From Octopus vulgaris (Eukaryota): a stretch of DNA of 64,000 nucleotides. The stretch's first letter is position 1, and each line of letters opens with the position of its first letter. The stretch spans positions 49,414,001 to 49,478,000 of the forward strand of contig OX597818.1 of NCBI GenBank assembly GCA_951406725.2. The letters run 5' to 3'. Positions 23,424 through 35,100 of this stretch are shown piece by piece. Made by a program: the position numbers and the translations under genes. The notes beneath the pieces were generated by a model. It saw only the letters and a program-made list of their open reading frames with translations. It ran no database searches and was not told the DNA's origin.

Positions 23424-24637
23424 CAGCAACTGAATTTGCATTTACCTGACGATTGCAGAGCTGTCAGTCCTTCATATAAATAATATTGATTGTCATTAAA
23501 TTGAAGGAGTGACTGGGTATTGAACACAACTGTTTAGAAGTGGCTGCTTGGTAAGAAGTTTGCTTCCTAACCACATGGTTCTGGGTTCAGTCCCACTGTG
23601 TGGCACCTTGGGCAAGTGTCTACTACTATAACCTCAGACCAACCGAAGCTTTGTGAGTGGATTTGGTAGATAGGAAGTGATAAAAGCCTGTCGTATATAT
23701 AAGGTGTATGTGTGTTGTGCTTGACAACCAGTGTTGGTGTGTTTACATCCCAGTAACTTGATGGTTTGACAAAAGAGACCAATAGAATAAGTACCAGGCT
23801 TTAAAAAAAAAAAAGGAAGCACAGGGTTTGATTCACTCGACTAAAATTCTTCAAGGAGTTACCTCAGTATTGCCACACTTTATATACTGAAACAAGTAAA
23901 ACAGAAGATGTGATTGTGCGTTATTGTGTAGAACTTTTGTGAGATAATATTAAATAGCAAAGACTATGGCATGATTAAGTAGCTATGGTGATACACTGAG
24001 GTTTGATCTTAGATAATTGTGGTTCTTAGATGAGCTGGGAAATTGTTTAATGCTATAAAAATCCAAGTTATTTATATGATTTATTTCATAGATTTTAGTA
24101 CCTTGATATTTTTTCTCTGCTCTAGTGACGCAGTATGCCAAATAGATTAAAAGCTACTTTTGCACTAACATCACAAAAACTAGAAGCTTTATATACATTA
24201 CTGGAAAATATTTACCTGGTTGTTCATTTCAAGAGTTAATCAGCATCAGATTAAGATTCTAATTCAGTTAGCATCATCATCGTCTGCTTTCCATGCTAGC
24301 ATGGGTTGGACGATTTAACTGAGGACTGGCGAACCAGATGGCTGCACCAGACTCCAATCTTGATCTGGCAGTGTTTCTACTGCTGGATGCCCTTCCAAAT
24401 GCCAACCACTCCGAGAGTGTAGTGGGTGCTTTTACGTGCCACTAGCACATCTCCATAGCTAAAATTAGAAACAGGTCCCACAAAGAATTGTTTCAAACAT
24501 TTTTCGGTTTTTTTTTAGAATGATGTGAGATAATTATAATGGGTAGTTTGGTTTTTCTCTTTTTATTTAAATCTTTCCAGAACATTCCAGTTGACAAATA
24601 TTTTGACCAGTTGTGATATTTCTCTTTAAATTTCCAG

Positions 24638-24737
24638 ATTGACAACTCTACATTTGTACGGGTGCAAGCGAGTGAAGAATCTAGAGAAAATCCAAGCTCT
24701 TCATCCAAACTTAATTATTGAAGCAGACAGAGACTGA
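24638..24737 (+). CDS. Terminal coding exon (LTTLHLYGCKRVKNLEKIQALHPNLIIEADRD*)
   Basis: tttccAG acceptor, last LRR, TGA stop. Confidence 0.9.
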
Positions 24738-26900
24738 AGAGATCTTAATCTTTTTAGTTGTTTGAGACTTTAACTGAACTACAATCTAGTCTCTCCTTTC
24801 TAAAGCTGACTGTCCGTAGTATGCTTTGGCCTCCTCACTTATCAATTATATCAGACAACTGTATATTTCCAATGCAATAACTTATATTGTGACAATATAA
24901 CTATTTTCTTTCTGCTCCTTTCACATTATAAACTAATATTTTATCTCCTTTTTAATGAGTAATTGGTAACAATAGATGGAACTACTAAATGTGGCATTCA
25001 GAATTCTAAAGAATAGAAACATTGCCAAAAAATAATTAAAAAAGAAAAAAATTTCCAAAAAAAAAAAGACAGCACAAGAAAACAACTTATCAAGTATTCT
25101 TATTCTTTGGCTAGATTTTACTATGGATGATACCACCTTAGAAACATTCTCGATGCCGAAGAGTTTGGCCTGCTTGAAATTTGTGGATTGCTTCTATTGC
25201 AATGACAGCAATATTTCAATCTTTACTTACACACATAATTGAAAGGAAAAAGTTGAAAAAAAAAAAAATTAATAATAATAAAGAAAAAAAAAAAAGAAAT
25301 GCTTTAAAAAAATTGAAATTTTTGTATTTCCTATCTTCCAACCAGAAAAAAAGAACTTTTCAAAGATAATGAGATAATGTGCATTAGGGCTTATTTACTT
25401 ATCCCCTCCCCTCACTAAATCAGCGAATTGTTTTGTAGTAATGTGATATAAACTTTCACTGATCTTTATATCATTTACATAACTTGTAGTTGTCAATGCC
25501 ACTGTAACTACAAAAGGTTCCAGTGTATTCCATTACTTACAATAATAAGCAGGTGTTACAATATTTTTATCCTGTATTTTTACTGCTGAATTATGTTCAG
25601 TTTTAACATCTTTGAATTATTGGTTGTTTCATTAAGGATTTTTATTATTATTATTATTAGGGTAACAGATTGGCACATCTGTAGAGCATTGGACAAAATG
25701 CCTACTGTATTTAGTTTGCAATCCCTTTATGTTGTGAGTTCAAATTTTGGTGAAGTCAACTTCACTTTTCCTCCTTCTGGGGTTGATATAATAAAGAACT
25801 TGTCAAATGCTGGATTCAATATCCCAGACTATTCCATCCTCTCTCAAAGTCGTGGCCATGTGCTATGTAAGAAAGTATTATTTCTATATTCAAATATGAT
25901 TGAGAAAAAAAGATTTTTAATCGTTATTTTTTTTTTTTTATTTACTTTAGCTTTTTTTAGTAACTGTTATAGAATATTTTGGGATATTTTAAACTCTAAA
26001 AACATGGAAAATGTTATCAATTTGTAATTATTTATTATGTGGATAGAAAAACCAAAACAGATTTAAGTTTATGAAATGTTTATAAATAGAGTTTGTCTAG
26101 TTGATTGAAAGGTCCGTTCACAAAACTTACAAACAGCATATTTGGGAATAATTTTTAGGATTTCCTTATAAATCAGAAAAGATTTTGAAAACTTTCCTAC
26201 TGCTTGCCATTATCTGTGATAGATAAAGTATAATGTATGAAAATTCACTAAAAATAAGCCATTATCTTATTTCTTTTCATTGAACCCTTTGTTCATTAAT
26301 TATCTAAGGTAACTTAAAATTTAATTAATGATTTAAATATATGTTTTCTTTAAATATATATTCAGTATCTTTGAATAGACTATTGAACAAAATTTCAACA
26401 AAAAAAAAAAAAACTATAAGGGCTTTAATATATCTTCCAAATTGATAAAACAATTATTTTCATCTGTATTATTAAATAATAATAATTTGTTTAGCATAGA
26501 AAGAATTTCAACTATTTCACTTATGCATATGACTTGTTTGATTAGTATCTTTATAACTGAAATGCCTGCCTTCACTTCTCAAGCATATATATTGGCCTTA
26601 TTGTTCTGAGGTGCTATTTCCCCAAACATATGAGTAGATTTGCCCTTTGTAAAACTGTTCTTGAAATGAGTCCCCCAAACCAATCATTTGGAGTGAAACT
26701 AGTCAAAAAATTTCAAAATATAATTTTCAAAGTTGAATTAAAAAAATCTTGGCAAAAGAAATAGCATCAACTGCTGTCCTTGATGTCACTATCATCATCA
26801 GCTAAGACCAATTTCGTTTATCAATTGGTCAATTTTTCCGGGTCAAGGGTTAGTTATTCTTCCTTAACTAACTCCTATTTCTACTGAGTAACTTTCCAGG
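24738..26900 (+). other. Probable 3' UTR of the FBXL-type gene (end not defined)
   Basis: AT-rich, TE-poor stretch directly after the stop codon; no poly(A) site could be assigned. Confidence 0.4.
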
Positions 26901-27099
26901 TAGAGATGTTCAAATTGAAAAGAAAAAAAAACTGAGCTTTATTAGGTTGTGCAGTTTATAGCTATTTAAAACTTTATGAAGTTTTTGCAATTTTTTTTCC
27001 CATAAAAATAGCCCTTTTTTTTTTTTTTTCCCAATTTAAAAATATATATTGGCTAGACTCACAATATCTCTGTGCTGCATCATAAGATATATATGTGTA

Positions 27100-27170
<71 letters not shown>

Positions 27171-27924
27171 GCACACATACAAACATACATATATCTTTTT
27201 TTTTTTTTTTTTCACCTGCTGCAGAATTGGTTCATTCTATATTTTTTTTTTAAAGATATAGAAAATAAAACAACGGGTAGTTCAACTTCCGGAAAGCCAG
27301 CCTACCCATGGCTCTGTAACCAGCTTTCGTAAATCCCTGTTGATAGTAATTGGGTAAAAAATAACTGTGGATCTTACTTGAAAGACAACCATTTCGTTCA
27401 TTAAAAAATGATTTTCAGTCACATGACTTTTCTATTTTGTTTTATTTTTATATATTTTTTAGCACCATCTATTTTTTCCATTCTGAAAAGAAAAGTTTTA
27501 GGTCTTTTCACCTGTTTTGTAGGTATTTTATAATTCCAAATTTCCTGTCATTATATGTTTCATCACAATGTTGTTCCAGTGTCATGATACAAACTGGCCA
27601 CCTTTCCGCTGGGTTGTCTTCATACTTGGTAACGCCATCCACCTAGGCTGAGGTATTGCCTATGTGGTTTGTTGACCTACTTGAAATAGTAGCTAGATCT
27701 CTTTTAAATCATATACCTTTCCATTTTAGAAAATATATAGCCCTTTGTATCAGGGTGTTCATGACTGAAATATTTTTCATAAGTCTGCTTGATCAAGGCT
27801 GACAAATAACTTGTTCACACTACCATCTGTTCCTCTTGTGTATTAGATGCACTTAATGTGTACCAATGTGCGTTTAATCCTTATACATCTACAGGTTATC
27901 TGCATATATATATATATATATATA

Positions 27925-28430
27925 CAAAATAAGAAAATGGAGAAATATATCTAAATCATTCATCAACTATCAGATAATACCGAATCACATACTTTATTAA
28001 AACACTACACAAGAGCATTAAGATTAGACATTAATACAGTACAATAATTACAATCATTATAATGAGATATAACTAAATAAATATAAAAAGATATAAAATA
28101 CATATACATTATAACTGGCAGCTGTTTCGGCCATGCAGATAGGTATGTCTCATTTAACCTATATTAGCCACATTAACAAAAATATCTTACGGCCTCTTCG
28201 GGGATTCTAATGTATAAAACAAGTTACACATATACCTATATAAGTATGAGTACATACCCAAAAATCATTTACATATAAATAAGAGTGCATATATACTCAT
28301 ATCCTTATATATATATACACATATACATAATAATATAAATCAATAAACATAATGATGTTCTATATTGAATGTTACAGTTCCTCATTGGATATATGTTATC
28401 CCATGGAGGGTTGAATTTACAACCCCTATC
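27925..28430 (-). mobile_element. Penelope-like pseudo-LTR remnant with degenerate hammerhead motif, between (TA)n tracts
   Basis: Minus strand CCGAAGA-GGCC...GGCC-GAAACAGCTG at 28117-28203. Confidence 0.5.
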
Positions 28431-28431
28431 T

Positions 28432-28471
<40 letters not shown>

Positions 28472-28892
28472 ACAATTTAATAAATAACACATATGCATAT
28501 ATACATACATATATGTACATACCTACATCTATATGTATATATACATGCATATATGAGTACAGGACACCACAAATAAACGTAGAACACAACGAGAAACGAA
28601 AACATAAAACCAAACAAGGAAACGGACTTTTTTTTAACAACGAATAAAACAGAGTACAAGACAACCAACACAAGGAACATTCCCCTTCTTCAGCTGCCCC
28701 TGTTTCGACTCAATGCGTGTTTCGAAATATATATATGTGTTATATGCAACAGAAGTAGTATTAGATTAAAATACACAGCCCTCTGTGTATCATACTTAAT
28801 GTAAACACATCACAAATAGGCAGATTAACTGCAATATTTGTCCAAAGTTAACATCTGTTGTGGATATACAGTGTTTAAAGACACAAACATCA

Positions 28893-29160
28893 CGTGACCG
28901 ACCAGACCATCAGATGTTGCTACACATCGCTGGTCACAATGCGCTCGCATTGTTTTAGCCTTCGAATGACACCAACAAGCTGGCTAAGCGAGCAGGCCAA
29001 CAGAAGAAAGAATAGAGCAGAGATTACCACCCACTGCCGGAGCCTTGTGGAGCTTTTAGGTGTTTTCGATCAATAAACACTCACAATGCCCGGTCTGGGA
29101 ATCGAAACCACGATCCACTGACGAGTTCGCTGCCCTAACCATTGGGCCATTGCACCTCTG
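28893..29160 (-). mobile_element. tRNA-derived SINE (same head as the V-type family, different 3' part)
   Basis: A/B boxes on the minus strand; second copy at 32948-33218. Confidence 0.8.
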
Positions 29161-29351
29161 TTTCAAAAAAAAAAAAAAACATATCAGTGTCTAACGATGC
29201 AGTATACGAAATAGATTAAATGCTATTTGTGACCTAATATCACAAAAACTAGAAGCTGTATATACATTATTGGAAAATATTTACCTGGTTGTCCATTTCA
29301 AGAGTTAATCGGCATTAGATTAAGATTCTAATTCAGTTGGCATCTACTTAC

Positions 29352-29528
29352 CTGAAATTACAAACAGGTTCCTCAAACACTTGTTTTAAACATTTCCAGC
29401 TCTGATGGTAAGAATGCATGATGTGAATATCGTCCTTGCTGGACTTTGTCAGTAGCATGTACCCACTGCCAGCTGCATTGCTAAGACAAAATCCTGCCAA
29501 TAAGACGTTTATGTGACTCACTCCAATG
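29352..29528 (-). CDS. Orphan candidate exon of an unidentified minus-strand transcript (IGVSHINVLLAGFCL...EEPVCNF)
   Basis: ttttgtcctctcctactAG acceptor, CAG|GTAAGT donor, 177 nt, single open frame, phase 2-2; no family recognised. Confidence 0.45.
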
Positions 29529-29631
29529 CTAGTAGGAGAGGACAAAATTGTTTTTTTTTTAACGTTTTTGGTAGCATACTGGAAATAACAAAATCTCCCT
29601 CAAATTACACTCTGAAATCTTAGAAATATAG

Positions 29632-29905
29632 TCATCATCATTGTTTGACCGTGGTTGAGACAATGGAATTTACCATGTTACGCCAGACTTCACGGTCCAT
29701 CATAGCATTACAGAGGTCCTGTTGCTGGATGCCTGTATTCATGAAGATTACATCAGGGTAAGAGAGTGTGCACCCTCTGGTTTCGTGAGTAGATGGCTTC
29801 CAGAGGAGAAGAGTAGAAATTGACTCGTTTTCAGCTCCACAACAATGTCCAGCAAACTGGACTCTTCTACCTTTCACAAGAGATGATACAGGTGGTAGTA
29901 CACCT
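29632..29905 (-). mobile_element. RTE-like LINE C-terminal fragment with (TGA)n tail
   Basis: RRVQFAGHC...LLLWKPS...AMMDREVWRNMV; second copy at 55860-56257 (+). Confidence 0.75.
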
Positions 29906-30049
29906 TGGATGACTTATCCAAGCAATCGTTTGAAGATGTGATAGGCACTGTTGGAACACCTTTGACAATCATAAGTGTGCTTTGGAGTATACCGGTCATA
30001 ATATTCGGTTCTTTCCTATTCACTTACTTTGTATTAAACATGATTTGTT

Positions 30050-30258
30050 ACTCTCTCTTTTACTTGTTTCAGTCATTTGACTGCGGCCATGCTGGAGCAC
30101 CGGCTTTAGTCGAGCAAATCGATGCCAGGACTTATTCTTTGTAAGCCCAGTACTTATTCTATCGGTCTCTTTTGCTGAACCACTAAGTGACGGCGATGCA
30201 AACACACCAGCATCGGTTGTCAAGCAATGCTAGGGGGACTAACACAAACATACACACA

Positions 30259-30320
<62 letters not shown>

Positions 30321-31008
30321 CATATACATATATACGACAGGCTTCTTTCAGTTTCCATCTACCAAATCCACTCACAAGGCTTTGGTCGGCCCGAGGCTAT
30401 AGTAGAAGACACTTGCCCAAGGTGCCATGCAGTGGGACTGAACCTGGAGCCATGTGACTGGTAAGCAAGCTACTTACCACGCAGCCACTCCTATGCCTAT
30501 GCCAATTATTTTACTAAGTTCTTTGTTATTTTCAAAATTAATTGAAACAAAAAGTGTATTTCAACTGAAATATGGTAAAAAAAGGGTGAAGATTTTATGC
30601 ATATTTAAACATTAAGTGCAGGAGTGGCTGTGTGGTAAGTAGCTTGCTTACCAACCACATGGTTCCAGGTTCAGTCCCACTGCGTGGCACCTTGGGCAAG
30701 TGTCTTCTACTATAGCCTCAGGCCAACCAAAGCCTTTTGAGTGGATTTGGTAGATGGAAACTGAAAGAAGCCCCTCGCATATATATATATGTATGTATGT
30801 ATGTGTGCGTGTGTATATGTTTGTCCCCCCCAACATCGCTTGACAACCGATGCTGGTGTGTTTACGTCCCCGTAACTTGGCAGTTCGGCAAGAGAGACCG
30901 ATAGAATAAGTACTAGGCTTACAAAGAATAAGTCCTGGTGTTGATTTGTTCGACTAAAGGCTGTGCTCCAGCATGGCCGCAGTCAGATGACTGAAACAAA
31001 TAAAAGAA
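30050..31008. mobile_element. Two CORE-like SINEs in divergent inverted orientation (30050-30495 minus; 30617-31008 plus)
   Basis: Both match the family seen elsewhere in the window. Confidence 0.85.
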
Positions 31009-31253
31009 TTATTTTTTACTCATTTTTTAAATATTATTGGTGCCAACGAGACAACAAAAGCATGAAACTAAAAAATGTAGACAACCACCAACCACATTGT
31101 AATTGTAAGTATTCAAATTTAAATTAGAACTGAAGTTTTCACTTAAAAGTGTATTGTTCATATTGCTTTTCATTAGCTTCTAAGTCAGTCCTGATTGAGT
31201 AGACTAATGATTAAACGTATTCTAGCCGTGATAGAAGGGGAGCATTCAATTGT

Positions 31254-31563
31254 AAATTTTGTTGTGTCTAGGGAGAGAGAGTCCTTACTCCAATATTAAC
31301 ACACATACACTGGTTCATTTCCTCATCCTTTGTTATTAGTCAACTGGTTAAATATCCATAACAGACTAAAAGGAAAGTTACAAATAGTTACAAAAGAGCT
31401 TTGACAAAAAGCAAACAAAACAAACAACTGACTGTTTAACCAAGTTAAACAATCATTTAGTTCGGATATTTAACCAATTGACTAATGATAAAGGAGTGGG
31501 ATTGAACCAGTGTATGTGTTAATTATATTGACATAATGACTTTCCCTGGACACCACAAAATTT
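31254..31563. mobile_element. Old MITE-like element with long degenerate inverted arms
   Basis: ACACATACACTGGTTCA..TTAGTCAACTGGTTAAATATCC versus GGATATTTAACCAATTGACTAA..TGAACCAGTGTATGTGT. Confidence 0.6.
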
Positions 31564-31791
31564 GTTTCACCAGACGAATTCATAAAATCTTTCTTGCAAA
31601 CCGGTCCAAAAACGATTTTCAGTCATGACTTTTCTATTTTAAGATGGTATGGCCTAAGTTGATAAAGATTAGACTACCAGTTTTAGCAGGTCAATCAGGC
31701 TCCATCAGTTGGATGATTCATGTAAACAAACTTACATAGATTGGTTGTGAGTCCTAAGGCTCATAAAGCCAGGGCTTGACCCAGTTTCTAT

Positions 31792-32078
31792 CCCATGACT
31801 TCCAGAAACATTTTTTCACGCTAAGATTTGCTGAAGCATGGAACAAACTGCCGGCATCAGTCGTTAGTTGTCGGAGCACTGCCTCCTTCAAAACTTCCAT
31901 GCTTCCTGAGATTCGCCAACACTACACCTGATTTTCTCCCCTCCATACACACACAAGCATCTATCTGACTCACACTGTTCGCTTTCGAGACATTTGTACA
32001 TTACTGCATACACTTTATACGCACTTTCTGACAAGTTGTGGTGCATCTGAGCACTGTATACAATAATTTCTTTATTTT
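31792..32078 (+). mobile_element. CR1-type LINE 3' fragment
   Basis: HDF.KHFFTLR.AEAWNKLPASVV..; same family as 46540-46876 and 49212-49720. Confidence 0.8.
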
Positions 32079-32189
32079 TAACATATAAGTGACTAAGATT
32101 GTAACACTTTCCACTGGATGGGATGCCAGTCCTTCACAAGGTTAACTTCCCAGCTATTGCTGGAACTTAGAGTTGAGCATACAGGAGCA

Positions 32190-32451
32190 ACCTGAAAAAG
32201 AAATATATTGCCCAAGAACATCATTCTCCGACACGTTTACAATTGAGCCTGTGGCAGTTGAGACCTCCAGCATTCTTGGTCCCCAGACCATAACCTTACT
32301 CACCACTACTGGGGCAGAGACTGCTGTCTGCAAGTGCAAGCTCCACAAGTCAGAGTGGCTGTTTCAGTGCATCCCCCTTGCCATCATCCAGGGCAATGCC
32401 TTTCCCATTTTGCCTGCTGGTGCCATGGGAAATGCTTCTGTATTTGAGTGA
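32190..32451 (+). mobile_element. Degenerate CRE-like (RLE) non-LTR retrotransposon C-terminus
   Basis: PVAVETSSILGP...WLFQCIPLAIIQGNA resembles the P.A.ET.G..G...FQR.S.A.QRGNA motif of RLE-bearing CRE-clade elements. Confidence 0.55.
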
Positions 32452-33278
32452 ATATCCTAATTATTAACAGAGAAACAGTGAAATCGCCATACAAAGAACT
32501 GTTGTACAACATGATGTCATGCAACACTTGGTCCAGGAATTGAAACTACAATCTCATAATTGTGAGTACAACACCCTAACCACATCAATTTATATTTCAT
32601 TCTTTGTGACACTTGCTAATATTTCTGCCACACTATTTAATGTTGTAAAGAATTTTCCACAGACTTTTTTTGTAAGGGCCACTCAATAGGTGTTGCCAAT
32701 TTTGAAGACAGAACAGGTGTTATTTCTTTTTATCCAGTACTAAATGATTGAGTACATGTTTGACAAGATCATGTAAGCCTTAAGACAACATTCATGTTTT
32801 TGTAAAAGATTTGCTCGATTGTATGGTTCGCTTCCCAATCACATGGTTTCAGGTTCAGTCCCATCAAGTGGCACCATGGGCAAGTATCTCCTATAGCCCC
32901 AGGCTGACCAAAGCCTTGAGTGTGATTTAAAAAAATTTTTTTTTTATGTGACCAACCAGACCATCAGATGTTGCTACACATCGCTGGTCACAATGCGTTC
33001 GCATTGTTTTAGCCTTCAAATGACGCCACCCCGCTGGCTAAGCGAGCAGGCCAACAGAAGAAAGAGTGAGTGAAAGAGTACAGCAGGGATCACCACCACC
33101 CCCTGCCGGAGCCTCGTGGAGCTTTTAGGTGTTTTTGCTCAATAAACACACACAACACCCGGTCTGGGAATCGAAACCGCGAGTCCGCTGCCCTAACCAC
33201 TGGGCCATTGCGCCTCCACGTCAGTGGTTTTAGTAGGTAGAAACTGAAAGAAGCCCATTGTGTGTATATGTATCTACT

Positions 33279-33600
33279 TTTTTATTAAAGCTGCAAAAAC
33301 ATCACAAAAAAACTGTTAAGAGTTTCATGTTTTCATTCGTCGGACAGATGTGGTCAAGGCTGGAATAAAATTGTTATGGTACATGTAATATATGACTTGA
33401 TATATTAAATCATAGATTATATGAACCATAACAATTTTATTCCAGTCTTTATCACAACTGTCTGATGAACAGGAATATAAAACTTTGAGTAACAGTTTTT
33501 TGTGATGTTTTTGCACGTTTAATAAAAAGGCATATTATTCTATCTTTGGTATTCGAGTACTATTTTTTCCACCTTGTTTTGCATTTATGTGCTTGCTCGT
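33279..33600. mobile_element. Penelope-like inverted remnant with degenerate hammerhead motifs
   Basis: Inverted arms 33279-33382 / 33422-33528; CTGATGA on plus, CCGACGA-ATG..CAT-GAAACTC on minus. Confidence 0.55.
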
Positions 33601-33675
33601 ATATGTACATACATATATATATATCATCATCGTTTAGCGTCCGTTTTCCATGCTAGCATGGGTTGGACGGGTCAA

Positions 33676-33710
<35 letters not shown>

Positions 33711-34962
33711 TCGTCATCATCGTTTAACGTTCGCTTTCCATGCTAGCATGGGCTGGATGATTTGACTGAGGTCTGGCGAACCAGATGGCTGCACCAGACT
33801 CCAATCTGATCTGGCAGAGTTTCTACAGCTGGATGCCCTTCCTAACGCCAACCATTCCGAGAGTGTAGTGGGTGCTTTTTACATGCCACCGGCACGAGGG
33901 CCAGTCAGGCAGTACTAGCAATGGCCACGCTCAAATGATGCTTTTTATGTGCCACCTGCACAAGAGCCAGTCCAGCACCTGTGCAGGTGGCACATAAAAA
34001 GCACATACATATAGACATACACTCACACATTTGTGTTTGTGCGGATGTGTTTGTACTACCTTGTCATGATATTGCATAATAATTGTAAACAAATGTCACT
34101 ATCATACATGCATGTTGTTCCTTTGAAAGTATGTCCATCATGGGGGAATATCACCGTACTTGGAAACAGGTGAAGCTTGGCTATAGGAAGGGCATCTGTA
34201 GAAAATCTGTCTAACCCATACAAGCATAGAAAAAAAAAGGATGATGACATTGTACTCTTTGTAGAGCTGCATTTTGATGGAAGATCAGTGGGTTGGTCAG
34301 AAAAGGAAAATACCTCAATGGTAGGAGACAAGGATACTTTTAAGCTTATGTCTCTTTGAGATTCAATATTGGTTTTCTATTTTGAGTGACTCGAAACATA
34401 CAAGGAACTAATTTTGGTGTAGAATTTAGCAAAGTCACAGATGGCTATTGCACACAAACACAAATATTCACACACACACTCACTCTTCATTTACTCTCAC
34501 CCTTACTTCTGCTTTTAAGCAAACACATCTACATACAAGCATACATATACACAGCCGCAAGACCAATTCTTGGACAGATTCAGAGCAGATCGAGAGAGAA
34601 GGAAGTCACTGAAAAAGTTGTAAACAGCAACAAAAGAACTTTGACTAACAAACAATTGATCATTTAACCAGTACATTAAACAAATGATTAGTTAGTTGGT
34701 TAGATATTTTACCAACTGAATGACAATAAAGAAAACTTCCTGGAAGCCACAACAGTGGTATGTATCATGCCAATCCTGTAGGCAGTAACATAATAAAGGT
34801 GTTTGTCACAAAATGCCAAAAGAAGGTTCATATTGCGAAGTTTGTTGCCCAACAGTCCTAAATGAACCAACAGTCATAATTTGTTATTAACTTTAAACAA
34901 CATTTAAATTCATCATACATATATCAATCTCTCGAGTCAACTGCTTGTAAATTCACAAACAT

Positions 34963-34963
<1 letters not shown>

Positions 34964-35005
<42 letters not shown>
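34964..35005. repeat. (TAT)n microsatellite
   Basis: Direct reading. Confidence 0.95.
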
Positions 35006-35006
<1 letters not shown>

Positions 35007-35100
35007 ATGACCCTCCCAAGATACAACAAAATGAAATAAAACAAGTAGAAGCAACAGACTGGTCAATCAAAAGAAAATCCAAGACCTTTGAAGACCTAGA

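Larger units (their letters stand above)
1632..24737 (+). other. Gene model: zinc-ribbon / F-box / LRR (FBXL-type) protein, 13 coding exons visible, 5' end uncertain
   Basis: 13 GT-AG bounded exons join in frame to TGA at 24735-24737; from ATG 1918 the CDS is 2430 nt (809 aa). F-box and Cys-containing LRR motifs are recognisable in the translation. Confidence 0.9.

Noticed and set aside
26974-28680. ORFs rich in YIYI/CVCV/HTHT
   Set aside because: Translations of (TA)n and (CA)n microsatellites; the same applies to most short ORFs in the track, which fall in SINEs and LINE tails.
28556-28728. Additional hammerhead (CTGAAGA on minus strand near 28686-28692)
   Set aside because: No GAAA box follows the putative stem II; probably just a Penelope-like fragment.
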